A model generated the notes under the pieces. That model saw only the letters and a program-made list of their open reading frames with translations, searched no databases and had not been told where the DNA came from. The translations under genes were made by a program, and so were the position numbers. A stretch of DNA of 64,000 nt from a virus: the IMG/VR virus record IMGVR_UViG_3300002092_001548, positions 32,001-96,000 of that record. One strand, 5' to 3'. Positions 1-9,762 of this stretch are shown here, piece after piece. Position 1 is the first letter of the stretch; the number at the start of each line of letters is the position of its first letter.

Positions 1-97
1 AATGTTGGGAAATTGGGGTGTTAAATGTTATTTTGATATAACTGCGCCTGATAATTTAAAGAAAAAGAGTAATGATTTTGTGGCAGTGCTGATTTAA
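1..97 (+). CDS. 3' end of probable terminase large subunit (partial)
   Basis: Frame from nt 2 reads MLGNWGVKCYFDITAPDNLKKKSNDFVAVLI* with stop at 95-97. It lies directly upstream of the portal, so the call is mainly syntenic. Confidence 0.5.
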   Translation, partial: MLGNWGVKCYFDITAPDNLKKKSNDFVAVLI

Positions 98-134
98 AAA
101 AAGATTTAAGTGTAATAAACTTTTATAATATATA

Positions 135-2129
135 ATGAGAAAAAAGGCAACAACGGTAAAAGGAAAGGATTTGGAGATAAAGGCATCTGAAGGTAAACCC
201 AAAAAGAACCTAACTATCCCTGAACCCTCATTAATTGCTGGATCTACAACTCTGGATGATATGACGCAGATTAAAGCTGATGCGTCAAATGATTTTTATA
301 ATACCGATACCTATTCTCAAGTGCCGGGCACAAGACGTAGTCGCGCCTCTACTATTACTCGTACATCTCAATATGCTAATATTGAGGGCGGTATTGTTCC
401 TTTTATCTATAGTGGCGGAAGGGGTAATTATACTTCAAATGTTAGTATTCGTGATGGTATTATTCTCTGTCAGAAGGCTTATTATAATTATTCTGCTTTC
501 CGTAATACTATTGATTTAATGACAGAGTTTGCCTGCTCTGCTATTTACTTTAGTGGTGGGAATGCTCAGTCTAGAAGATTCTTTGATGCTTGGGCTGAAA
601 GGGTTAATCTTTGGAAGCTACAAGATAGTTTTTTTAGAGAATATTTTAGAAGCGGTAATGTGTTCATGTATAAATTGAATGCTACCTTTAAGAAAGAGGA
701 CATGATGACCATTACGCAGTTAATGGGGGCAACAGAAAAAGATATTCCAATTCGTTATGTTGTTTTAAATCCTGCAGATATTCAATCTATCGGGTCGGCC
801 TCGTTTATTGCCCCAAGATATGTAAAGGTTCTTAATGATTTTGAAATGCAGTTGTTAACAAATCCAAAAACGGATGAGGATAAAGAATTGGCAACAAAAA
901 TTCGTGAGTTTGCGCAAATTCAAGATACTGTAAAAATTTCTCAAGCGAATGCTTACTTGGTTTTCTATTTGGATCCAGATAAAGTTAAGGCAGTGTTTTA
1001 TAAAAAGCAGGACTATGAGCCATTTAGTGTTCCGATGGGTTTCCCTGTTTTGCGTGATATTAACTGGAAACAAGAGCTTAAGAATATTGATATGGCAATT
1101 AGTCGTACTGTTCAACAGGCTGTTCTTTTAGTAACAATGGGTAATGATGAAATCGGAATGCCAAGTAAGGCTCAGATTCAAGCTCTAACAAATATTTTTC
1201 AAAATGAAAGTGTTGGAAGAATTCTTGTTGCGGACTATACAACAAAGGTTCAGTTTGTTATACCAGAAATTGGGCATATCCTTGACCCCAAGAAATACGA
1301 AGTAGTTGACCGAGATATTAAAGAGGGACTTAATAGTATTCTATTAGGGGATGAGAAGTATGCCAGTGCGCAATCAAAAGTAGAGGTATTTCTTTCTAGA
1401 TTAAAGCATTCTAGAGAGGCGTTCATGAATCAGTTCTTATTTCCAGAAGTAAAAGAGATTGCAAAAGAACTTGGATTCAAATCTGTTCCAACTCCAAGAT
1501 TTAAAGATGTTGATTTTAAAGATGATAATGTTCTTGCCCGTGTATATTCAAGACTAATAGAGATTGGTGTACTAACTCCAGAAGAGGGCGTTACAGCTAT
1601 TGATACTGGCAGATTGCCAACCCCAGAAGAGAGCGTTGAAAATCAGCGTAAACTTGCTGAATATCATAAGGAGGGACTATATCAGCCAGTTCTTAATAAT
1701 CCTAATTTGGTCATACCCGGTGGCGAAGGCGCTGGTAGGCCATCTGGAACTGGCGGAACTCCTAAGTCGCCGCCATCTAAGATTACGCCAGTTGGTAAGG
1801 GGAATTCTGCACCAAAAAATAAAATTTCAGCAACTAGGGTCGCAGAGAACTTGTCTAAATTTGACCTACTAGCTACAACAGTAGAAAATACATTAAAAGA
1901 TAAATTCAATAAAAAGAAATTGTCTAAAGAGCAGAAGAAAATAGTGGGAGAGGTCGCAGAAACTATTGGTATCAATGAGTCTCCCGATAAATGGTTAGAA
2001 AGTATTGCTGAATATATTAATAGTCCAGTTCAATTAACTGAAAATTTTACAGAAGTTCAAAATATTGCCGAGAAGCATGGTGTTGATACTAAAACCGCAT
2101 TAATCCTAATGCATAGTGAAATAGAATAA
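135..2129 (+). CDS. portal protein
   Basis: 664 aa, first gene of the head module. Portal-like segments (FRNTIDLMTEF, FFREYFRSGNVF, YEPFSVPMGFPVL) and a G/P-rich GAGRPSG tail. Confidence 0.75.
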   Translation: MRKKATTVKGKDLEIKASEGKPKKNLTIPEPSLIAGSTTLDDMTQIKADASNDFYNTDTYSQVPGTRRSRASTITRTSQYANIEGGIVPFIYSGGRGNYTSNVSIRDGIILCQKAYYNYSAFRNTIDLMTEFACSAIYFSGGNAQSRRFFDAWAERVNLWKLQDSFFREYFRSGNVFMYKLNATFKKEDMMTITQLMGATEKDIPIRYVVLNPADIQSIGSASFIAPRYVKVLNDFEMQLLTNPKTDEDKELATKIREFAQIQDTVKISQANAYLVFYLDPDKVKAVFYKKQDYEPFSVPMGFPVLRDINWKQELKNIDMAISRTVQQAVLLVTMGNDEIGMPSKAQIQALTNIFQNESVGRILVADYTTKVQFVIPEIGHILDPKKYEVVDRDIKEGLNSILLGDEKYASAQSKVEVFLSRLKHSREAFMNQFLFPEVKEIAKELGFKSVPTPRFKDVDFKDDNVLARVYSRLIEIGVLTPEEGVTAIDTGRLPTPEESVENQRKLAEYHKEGLYQPVLNNPNLVIPGGEGAGRPSGTGGTPKSPPSKITPVGKGNSAPKNKISATRVAENLSKFDLLATTVENTLKDKFNKKKLSKEQKKIVGEVAETIGINESPDKWLESIAEYINSPVQLTENFTEVQNIAEKHGVDTKTALILMHSEIE

Positions 2130-2130
2130 T

Positions 2131-4041
2131 ATGGCTTTAAGTTTAATTAATAAAACACAATTAGCCCCTAACGTATCTGATTTAGTTAGTGGGTATGGCG
2201 TAAACTTTTTTTATCCACTATCTAATCCTAGCGGGTTTGCGGGTGCTGGTAGCTTCCTAACCACTGGGCAGTCTGGGCTTTTTTATTCCGCTACAAATCC
2301 AAGTGGGTTTTTACAAACTGGTACTGCAAGTACTACATATGCTACTATTACTAATTTAGCTTCGACTGGCTCAATTTTAGCCTCCTCAATTAGGACGCTA
2401 AGTGGTTTTTCAGCTTCGACCTATGCAACAACTGGAAGTCTTGGTGCCAATACTTCTGCGTGGGGCATAATAAACCCAGTTGCATTTGCAGAGTCATTAA
2501 GAGCTAATGTTAAAATAAATGGTGGCGGAACTCTTTCTGTTTTTGCGTTTACCGCTACTGCTTATGCTGTAAATTGGACTTCTAGATTCATTGTTGTTTC
2601 TAACGGCAATGGCACTAATTTTGCTAATGGTGGTTATTATGATATAACTATTCCCGGTAATGGTGCAGTTATAGCTGGCGTAGGGGGGGCAAATAATGCA
2701 TCCGTAGCTGGCGGAGTGCCCTTGGAACCATGGCAGGCACTTTATTATATTTTACCAATTGGAGGTAGTAATGTATCAGTAGAATCATATTATAGAATTG
2801 TTGATTATACTAGTTCATTAGATATTCCTTATAATTGGGTACTAATTGCTCATCGTAATGGTGATAATGGAGTAGTTTATTTTCCAAATGGTATTAATTT
2901 AAAAGTTGGGCAGAGTTATGATAACTCATATAATTTATCAGATTTGGTATCAATTGCACCCGTTATTTATAATACTTCTGGTCAGTGGATTACAAAGGCA
3001 TCGGGCAATAGTTCATATGCCACCATTACAAATCTTGCTTCGACTGGATCAACTCTTTACTCACAAATTACTGGACTAAGTGGTTATAATGCAAATACTT
3101 ATATTAAAAATAATAGCAGTATTAATTTAACTATTAGTGGCACTGGAAATTTTCAGGCAGTTAATATTAATTCTACCGGATCGAGTTCCGCATATAACGT
3201 ACCTTTTATTACAGTTTCTGGATCTGCAAGCGGATCCGTGTTTCAACAACTACAGAATACTTATACTGGAGTTACGGCAAGTACTGACATAAGTCTTTAT
3301 AATGATTTAGGAACAGCTTATCTTGATATTGGAATTAATAGTAGTAAGTATAGTGGCGCGGCTTACTCGCCACCTTTCACGGTAGTTGGGCCGAGCGATG
3401 CTTATGTTTATGCTACTGGAGGAAATTTAGCTATAGGTGTTACCAATCAGGCTAATATTAATTTCTTTGCAAACGGGGTTCAGAGTGGAAATATTGTAAT
3501 GGCTGTCAATAGTACGGGAGTATATATAAATAAAAATCCAGTATTAACTAATCAAAGTTTTTCTGTAAATTATCACAATACTGCAGATGCTCTAGCAGCG
3601 GGTTTTGTATATATTGGAACAATAGATCTTGGTATTGGTAATGCGACAACCGATAGGGCAATACCAATTCTTAGTAATTGTGTATTATCTAGGGCTTCAG
3701 CTGGTTATTATGCTGGAGGTAATGCTATTGCCCCTTATAATACTATTACTGGATACTTTATTAATGTAACGAAAGGTATTACTGGATTGGCTATAACTGG
3801 GACGGTCAGTAGCACCAATACATTTTATACATTTAGCACTGGACAAATACTCACATATTCTGGTGCGGGTGGCTTACCCCCTGCCGCGACCGCTTCTCCG
3901 CTTGCTACTGGAATGCCAGTTAGCAACGGAGACTTGGTATGTTATGGTATCAGATCTCCTGCTGGAGGTACTACTAGCCAATATTTAAGTGGATTTAGGT
4001 CAACTACTATTGCGTACTTTACACAAACTGGACAATTTTAA
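2131..4041 (+). CDS. virion fibre/appendage-like structural protein
   Basis: 636 aa, S/T/G/N-rich beta-type composition. Internal repeats FYxxxNPSGF (x2) and YATITNLASTGS (x2). Confidence 0.55.
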   Translation: MALSLINKTQLAPNVSDLVSGYGVNFFYPLSNPSGFAGAGSFLTTGQSGLFYSATNPSGFLQTGTASTTYATITNLASTGSILASSIRTLSGFSASTYATTGSLGANTSAWGIINPVAFAESLRANVKINGGGTLSVFAFTATAYAVNWTSRFIVVSNGNGTNFANGGYYDITIPGNGAVIAGVGGANNASVAGGVPLEPWQALYYILPIGGSNVSVESYYRIVDYTSSLDIPYNWVLIAHRNGDNGVVYFPNGINLKVGQSYDNSYNLSDLVSIAPVIYNTSGQWITKASGNSSYATITNLASTGSTLYSQITGLSGYNANTYIKNNSSINLTISGTGNFQAVNINSTGSSSAYNVPFITVSGSASGSVFQQLQNTYTGVTASTDISLYNDLGTAYLDIGINSSKYSGAAYSPPFTVVGPSDAYVYATGGNLAIGVTNQANINFFANGVQSGNIVMAVNSTGVYINKNPVLTNQSFSVNYHNTADALAAGFVYIGTIDLGIGNATTDRAIPILSNCVLSRASAGYYAGGNAIAPYNTITGYFINVTKGITGLAITGTVSSTNTFYTFSTGQILTYSGAGGLPPAATASPLATGMPVSNGDLVCYGIRSPAGGTTSQYLSGFRSTTIAYFTQTGQF

Positions 4042-4043
4042 AT

Positions 4044-4607
4044 ATGAATAAATTAACCCTACTATTACTATCACTATTCTTTATTAGCGGATGTACGGTT
4101 TATACAGAGAAACAAAGCGAAGCGGTTTCTCAAAATGTTTATGCGACAAGCCAATCACTCGGAAAGGCTCGTGTAGACTTAGCTTGTTTTTATTCAAATG
4201 AAACTACAAAGTTCATTAAACCCCCAAAACATCCCATAAAAATAGATTCTATCTACCAGCAATCAAAGACTAAGCAAAGGGTTGTAGTTGTTCCTAATCA
4301 ATACAAGAATGATAAGGTTGTTATTGTTGGATCGGCGGAATACACTCAATTGCTAAAAGATAGTCAAATAAAAAAACAATTGGAAAAGGACGCGCAATTA
4401 ACGGCCAAGCAAATTGAATCTGATAATAAGGAATTGATTAAACAAAAAACCATGTCTGATAAAATGGTTATTGACCTAAATAAATATAAGGAGTTAGTAG
4501 CAAAAAAAGATTTAAAGATCTTATGGTTAAGCATTGTTATTGTGGGACTACTTGCTCTTGATGCCGTTTATTTTTACCTTAAAGCTAACGGGTTATTCTT
4601 TTTATAA
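4044..4607 (+). CDS. lipoprotein with C-terminal TM helix, candidate unimolecular spanin
   Basis: N-terminal lipobox (LLLLSLFFISGC), coiled-coil region, C-terminal hydrophobic helix (ILWLSIVIVGLLALDAVYFYL). Sits in a cassette with an endolysin. Confidence 0.6.
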   Translation: MNKLTLLLLSLFFISGCTVYTEKQSEAVSQNVYATSQSLGKARVDLACFYSNETTKFIKPPKHPIKIDSIYQQSKTKQRVVVVPNQYKNDKVVIVGSAEYTQLLKDSQIKKQLEKDAQLTAKQIESDNKELIKQKTMSDKMVIDLNKYKELVAKKDLKILWLSIVIVGLLALDAVYFYLKANGLFFL

Positions 4608-4608
4608 T

Positions 4609-4776
4609 ATGAACGAAGAAACAATAGTGAGTGAAATTAAAAAGGATGAGGTAATTATTAAACAGAAGACCGTACTGGTTGCGACAGCCCTACAAATTTG
4701 GTCGCGCGCGAATCCAGTTAAAGCCGCCTTTATCCTTGGTGGAATTGTTGGTTTTATTTTAGGCACTATTATTTAG
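4609..4776 (+). CDS. small membrane protein (holin/antiholin-like), 55 aa
   Basis: Likely ATG at 4609, just after the previous stop (MNEETIVSE...). C-terminal TM segment AAFILGGIVGFILGTII. Confidence 0.5.
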   Translation: MNEETIVSEIKKDEVIIKQKTVLVATALQIWSRANPVKAAFILGGIVGFILGTII

Positions 4777-4789
4777 TGTAATAAGTTAT

Positions 4790-5254
4790 ATGTGGCAAGG
4801 TATTGCTAATGTAACTCAGGCTGCACTTGCGTTCTTACAGAATGGCAAGGCGCCCCCTAATACGCCCCCGGAGCTTGAGAAACAAATGGAGGATACAAAT
4901 CACCTAGCTTCTAAGAAATTCTTTGTGGTGATGACCTCACTACTGATGATTGTTTCAATGTTCTTCGTGGCGGTTGGTATTCTTTTTGTTATTCCCAAAG
5001 ATCATGATATTGTTATTACAACTTATGCTACTATTTTTACTAAAATCATGGAGCAAGTAGCTCTTGTTATATCTGTTTATTTAGGCGCACAGGGCTTAGT
5101 TGATTTAAGATATAATAGTTCGTCAAGCGTTGGGGTTCAGGGAGTTGCCCAATCATCTAATATTAATGAGAATAAAAATGTTAATTTAAATGAACAAATA
5201 TTAACTAACAACGCAAAAGAAAGTGATTATAATATAACGGAGAATAGTCTATGA
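4790..5254 (+). CDS. holin-like membrane protein
   Basis: Two hydrophobic segments following SKKF; its stop overlaps the endolysin start. Confidence 0.55.
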   Translation: MWQGIANVTQAALAFLQNGKAPPNTPPELEKQMEDTNHLASKKFFVVMTSLLMIVSMFFVAVGILFVIPKDHDIVITTYATIFTKIMEQVALVISVYLGAQGLVDLRYNSSSSVGVQGVAQSSNINENKNVNLNEQILTNNAKESDYNITENSL

Positions 5255-5865
5255 AAAATCCATCTGCAAAAGTACTATCTTTGATTTTGGAATATGAGGT
5301 TGGTGGTGGCCGGGCCTATTACGAAAAATATTTAAATGGGCCGACTTGGCCGGGCGGTGCAAGTGGCATGACTCTTGCTATAGGTATAGACTGTGGATAC
5401 TATACACCTACTGAATTACGCGAAATTTTTAACTTCCTACCTGATAACCAGATCAAGGCTATACAAGGGGCATCTGGCAAAACAGGACAGGCTGGAAAAG
5501 AATATACAGGGTCTATTAGAAATTTAGGCATAAAAATAACATGGGATCAAGCCGTTGAAATATTTGATAAATACACTTGGACAAAGTTCGCAAAACTGGC
5601 TGAAAGAACCTTTCCCGGTTTGGATCAGTTATGTGATAACGCATATGGTGCTATCGTCTCTTTGGTATTTAATCGTGGGTCTAGTTTGGTTGGGGATAGT
5701 CGTAGTGAGATGAGAGAAATTAAAAATTTAGTTCCTAAAAAAGACTATCGTTCTATCTCGCTAGAAATACAAAAAATGAAAAGGATATGGCAAGGCAAAG
5801 GGCTAGACGGCCTGTTAGCAAGAAGGGATGCAGAGTCTGCACTGGTATTAACTTGCGCTAATTAA
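5251..5865 (+). CDS. endolysin, lysozyme-like (GH24/pesticin-type muramidase)
   Basis: LILEYEVGG...WPGGASGMTLAIGIDCG; AIVSLVFNRG; GLLARRDAE C-terminal motif typical of phage lysozymes. Confidence 0.8.
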   Translation: MKNPSAKVLSLILEYEVGGGRAYYEKYLNGPTWPGGASGMTLAIGIDCGYYTPTELREIFNFLPDNQIKAIQGASGKTGQAGKEYTGSIRNLGIKITWDQAVEIFDKYTWTKFAKLAERTFPGLDQLCDNAYGAIVSLVFNRGSSLVGDSRSEMREIKNLVPKKDYRSISLEIQKMKRIWQGKGLDGLLARRDAESALVLTCAN

Positions 5866-5903
5866 TTTAGTTTTAGTGTATTATTATTAATACTATTTAT
5901 TAT

Positions 5904-7826
5904 ATGACAATATTCGAAAACTCTCCCGAAAAGTTTGATCTAAGCAGTCTAGAATATCGTCCCGGAAAGCAAGTTAACTTATGTGCTTTTAATATCGAAA
6001 GTGAAAATTCTGAACACAAACTTTCCGTAGCGTCAAGACTAGAAAATATTGCACCCATCGAGGAGAACGGTGTAAAACTTACTATGCACGATAAATTTAA
6101 ATATCATTCCATCTTTGACGGTATCATTGTTCAGGCAAAGATTGCGGAAGAAGAGGATCGGTATTTAGCAACAGCTTCTATTAATCAATTAAAGAAGTTC
6201 TTACCTACACACGTTAATCTTGATGTTAACAAGGATTTGCTTGGAGTTGCTTTTGATGCTTTCGTTGTTAATCGCGGAAATAAAAATGGACATATTATTG
6301 GTAATGATGTTGCACTAGCAATGATTCCTAATTTTATTAATAAGCCTTTTAATATTGAGCATAACCGCAAAACAATTGTTGGATTCTGTACTGGTTATGG
6401 ATTTAGTGCTTTTGGTTCTAGTACGCCGCTGACACTCGAAGAAATTCAAAATACAACAGATCCATTCAATGTTGTTCTTTCTGGTTTTGTTTGGAAAGTT
6501 GCGAATCCAGAATTTGCCGCAGAGCTTGCCGAGAGTAGTGATCCAAGTTCTGGCAAATATCTTTCTGTTAGTGCAAGTTGGGAATTAGGATTTAATGAAT
6601 TCAATATTGCACAAGGTAGTAAGAATTTAAATGAGGCAACAATAATTGAAGATGAGGAACAGCTTTTAGAAATGAAAGATTGTTTAAAAGTTTTTGGCGG
6701 TAGTGGAATCAATGCGTCTGGATCCCCAGTTTACCTTAATTTACAGGGTAATGTTCTTCCGTTAGGAATTGGTTTTACAAATAATCCAGCGGCAGAAGTT
6801 AAGGGTGTTATTGTTCGCGATGAAGACTCTGACTATAAGGCCGATGCAAATTTAAATGATATTAATAACAAAAAAAGTGTCCACTCTAATACGGAGGATG
6901 TAAAAAACAACATGCAAATCAACAAGCTTGAAGATATCACCGACGAGGCTATCAAGGAAATTTCCGCAAATGCAGTGAGAGAATTTATTTCTAATAAGAT
7001 CGCTGAACATGCAAAAGACTGGTCAGCCAAACTAAACGAAAAAGAAACTTCATTAGAAGCAGCCGTTGCTGAGGCAACAGCGCTAAAGACAGACCTAGAG
7101 TCAATCAAGAGTGAAGTGGCTGCTATGCAAAGTGCTATCAAGGCTAATGAGATTGCTGGAAATTTCCAACGTAGAATGAGTCTCATTGATGAGGAGTTCA
7201 ACCTAACTGATGCAGATCGTGAGATTATCGCTGAAGACTTGAACGCAATTGAGAATGACGAAGCCTTCACAAAGTGGTATAATAAGTTCTCCGTTCTTGC
7301 TTCTGGCAAAAAGAAGTCAGAGCGTGATTCCGTTGATCAGCAAGATACAGTTCAGGGCCGTAGTAAGGTAAAGCCTGCTAAAGTTGCATCCGAACCAGAG
7401 GCTGGAAAAATTAAGAACGATAAAGACGTAAGTGCTGATGAAGATGAGATGAGCGCAGAAGAAGTTGTTGCTGATGATAACAGTGAATCTGACGACATAG
7501 ATAAAGTTAAAGACACTGGCCCGGTTTCAGCATCAAGTTTCAGTGAGGACAATAGTTCAATTTCAAAGAAAACAGCTGACAAAGTCGGAGCAAAGACTGG
7601 GTCATTTGCAGAGTCTAATGTCGAGGGTCTTAAGGAATATTCTTCTCAAGAGCACAATGCAATCAAGGCTGGCGAGCAAGCAATTACTTCCGAAGTTGAA
7701 AAGATTGTTGCTTCCGTTAAGGTTGAAGAACAGCTTATTCCTAACTCCATGAGCCCCGCTCAGGATTCACTTCTACAGAAAATTAGTGCCGCTTTCAACA
7801 AAAGCAGTGTAAAGTTCACTAAGTAA
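5904..7826 (+). CDS. prohead maturation protease fused to scaffold
   Basis: Protease-like motifs NKPFNIEHNR, SASWELGF, GIGFTNNPA, followed by a coiled-coil acidic C-terminal half. Lies upstream of the capsid genes. Confidence 0.75.
   Translation: MTIFENSPEKFDLSSLEYRPGKQVNLCAFNIESENSEHKLSVASRLENIAPIEENGVKLTMHDKFKYHSIFDGIIVQAKIAEEEDRYLATASINQLKKFLPTHVNLDVNKDLLGVAFDAFVVNRGNKNGHIIGNDVALAMIPNFINKPFNIEHNRKTIVGFCTGYGFSAFGSSTPLTLEEIQNTTDPFNVVLSGFVWKVANPEFAAELAESSDPSSGKYLSVSASWELGFNEFNIAQGSKNLNEATIIEDEEQLLEMKDCLKVFGGSGINASGSPVYLNLQGNVLPLGIGFTNNPAAEVKGVIVRDEDSDYKADANLNDINNKKSVHSNTEDVKNNMQINKLEDITDEAIKEISANAVREFISNKIAEHAKDWSAKLNEKETSLEAAVAEATALKTDLESIKSEVAAMQSAIKANEIAGNFQRRMSLIDEEFNLTDADREIIAEDLNAIENDEAFTKWYNKFSVLASGKKKSERDSVDQQDTVQGRSKVKPAKVASEPEAGKIKNDKDVSADEDEMSAEEVVADDNSESDDIDKVKDTGPVSASSFSEDNSSISKKTADKVGAKTGSFAESNVEGLKEYSSQEHNAIKAGEQAITSEVEKIVASVKVEEQLIPNSMSPAQDSLLQKISAAFNKSSVKFTK
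6876..6903 (+). promoter_or_regulatory. putative late promoter AGTGTC-N16-ATGTAA, internal to protease gene
   Basis: Same hexamers and spacing as 15634-15661; in-frame ATG at 6912. Confidence 0.6.
7785..7812 (+). promoter_or_regulatory. putative late promoter AGTGCC-N16-GTGTAA for decoration/major capsid operon
   Basis: Matches the bipartite consensus. Followed by hairpin AGATAA-TTCG-TTATCT (7834-7849) and an A-rich leader. Confidence 0.6.
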
Positions 7827-7884
7827 AGATTTCAGATAATTCGTTATCTAAAAACAAACAAAACAAATAAAATAACAAAAATTT

Positions 7885-8454
7885 ATGCCAAACCTAAAAC
7901 CATTCAGAGATTACGATGAAAGCAACGTAATTAATCTATTCACGGTAACAGGACAGACCTTCCTATCGAAGGGTACGTTCGTTACTGCCGCTTCAAGTGG
8001 TGTTAACCTAAGAGATGATGAGACTGTAAATAACTTATCAATCTACGGTAACTCCGTTTCCGCCCTATTCACACCAGCTTGGTCATTAGCTACTGCCCCC
8101 TCTGGCTCCCTAAAGAACACAGTTATCGGTGCAACTCTAAAAGACTTCCGCACAACGGATGAAAACGGCGAAGTTCTACTTTTCCACCCTCGCAAGGCTG
8201 CTGAGATGGATGTGATCATCAGTGGACAGGCAATGCCTGTTATCACAAAGGGTATATTCCTTTACAGTGGTATCAGTACTGGTACTTATGGTAACCCAAG
8301 CTTCGGCTCTGGTTTCGCTGTAGCTGATGCTGGTGACGGATCAATCAAGGTTGCCCCTTACGCAACAAGTGGATCAATCAATGCTAACGTGCTTGGTAAG
8401 TTCCTAGGTGGAATCAACCAAGATGGCTATGCTCTTATCAAGATCGAGCTATAA
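7885..8454 (+). CDS. capsid decoration/cement protein
   Basis: 189 aa beta-type protein between scaffold and major capsid genes; codon usage resembles a highly expressed gene. Confidence 0.6.
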   Translation: MPNLKPFRDYDESNVINLFTVTGQTFLSKGTFVTAASSGVNLRDDETVNNLSIYGNSVSALFTPAWSLATAPSGSLKNTVIGATLKDFRTTDENGEVLLFHPRKAAEMDVIISGQAMPVITKGIFLYSGISTGTYGNPSFGSGFAVADAGDGSIKVAPYATSGSINANVLGKFLGGINQDGYALIKIEL

Positions 8455-8482
8455 TCTTAACCACTAACCGAAACAAATTTAT

Positions 8483-9661
8483 ATGAAAATTCAATTCGAA
8501 AAAAACCCAGAGCAAATCGAGCTTATCAAGGCTCTTGCATCTGAAAATAAAACAGTTGCAATGCAGGCTCAGGAGGCTTTCGCCGCTTTTATTAGTGACG
8601 TAGTTCTTCAGGTTCTCTTACAGGCTGGTACAGCTAGCATGATCTATCGTGACATCGAGTTCGATGAGGACGATTCTCCATCTATCCCTCTTGACCTTTA
8701 CTATGGACAGGGCGAAGGAACAATCAGCGTCTGGAGTCAGACAGTTGGTGGCGGTCTTCCTTCTAACCTACAACAGGGTCTACAGGAAATGAAGCTTAAC
8801 ACCTACCGCTTAGACAGTGCTATCTCTATGGAGAAGCGCTATGTCCGCCGCGCACGTCTCGACGTTGTTGCTGCTGGTCTTGAGCGTATGGCGAACGAGC
8901 TTCTTGTTAAACAAGAGCGTAATGCATGGGCAGTTATCCTAAAGGCGCTAGCCGAAGCCTCCACAACAGTGCAGGGTTCAACAGCAGCTACTGGCGGAAC
9001 AACTCACCTTATCCGTTCTGCCAATGATGGTGTCTTTGATATCGATACACTTAATAGACTATGGACAAAAGTTCGTAGAATTAATGCTGCTTACACAGGC
9101 GGTACACCTCTAAACCTACAGGCTCGTGGTCTTACAGATATCTTTGTAAGTCCTGAAGTCAAGGAGCAGATCCGTGGTTTTGCATATCAGCCAATGAATA
9201 CTCGTGGTGCAAACGGTGCAACTGGATCTCTTTCATCTGCTGGTGTTTTAGGTCTTCCTAACGGTGTTCGTGAAGAGATCTTCCGTGGCAGTGGAACACA
9301 GGAAATCTTCGGTGTTACAATTCACGAACTGCTTGAGCTTGGTCTAACTAGAAAGTACAATACACTATTCGGTACGTTTGCAACAGCAGCGAGCCTTAGT
9401 GTTAGTGCCCCTCAGACTGGTAATGCTAACAATAGTGGAACAACTTGGAGTACAAGTAATGATGAGCTTGTTATCGGTATCGATGCAACACGTAACGCAT
9501 TCCTTCGTCCAGTTGCAATCCAGAGTGAGAGTCGTGGACAGGTCAAGGTTCTTCCTGATGACCAGTTCCTAGCTCGTAGTCAGAAGGTTGGCTTCTACAG
9601 CTATGTGGAAGAAGGCCGTGTCTGTACTGACGCTCGTGCGGTTGTTGGTGTTATTGTCTAA
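8483..9661 (+). CDS. major capsid protein (HK97 fold inferred)
   Basis: 392 aa; position, biased codon usage, a strong terminator immediately after, and a C-terminal VGFYSYVEEGRVCTDARAV strand pattern. Confidence 0.8.
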   Translation: MKIQFEKNPEQIELIKALASENKTVAMQAQEAFAAFISDVVLQVLLQAGTASMIYRDIEFDEDDSPSIPLDLYYGQGEGTISVWSQTVGGGLPSNLQQGLQEMKLNTYRLDSAISMEKRYVRRARLDVVAAGLERMANELLVKQERNAWAVILKALAEASTTVQGSTAATGGTTHLIRSANDGVFDIDTLNRLWTKVRRINAAYTGGTPLNLQARGLTDIFVSPEVKEQIRGFAYQPMNTRGANGATGSLSSAGVLGLPNGVREEIFRGSGTQEIFGVTIHELLELGLTRKYNTLFGTFATAASLSVSAPQTGNANNSGTTWSTSNDELVIGIDATRNAFLRPVAIQSESRGQVKVLPDDQFLARSQKVGFYSYVEEGRVCTDARAVVGVIV

Positions 9662-9682
9662 GACTAATAGCAAATAAATTAG

Positions 9683-9715
9683 AAAAGCCCCCAGAAATGG
9701 GGGCTTTTTCTTTTT
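9683..9715 (+). terminator. rho-independent terminator
   Basis: AAAAGCCCCCA-GAAA-TGGGGGCTTTT followed by a T-rich run. Confidence 0.9.
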
Positions 9716-9762
9716 ACTGGCTAATTTATTATATTTTTAATTAATTTCGTAATATAATCTAT

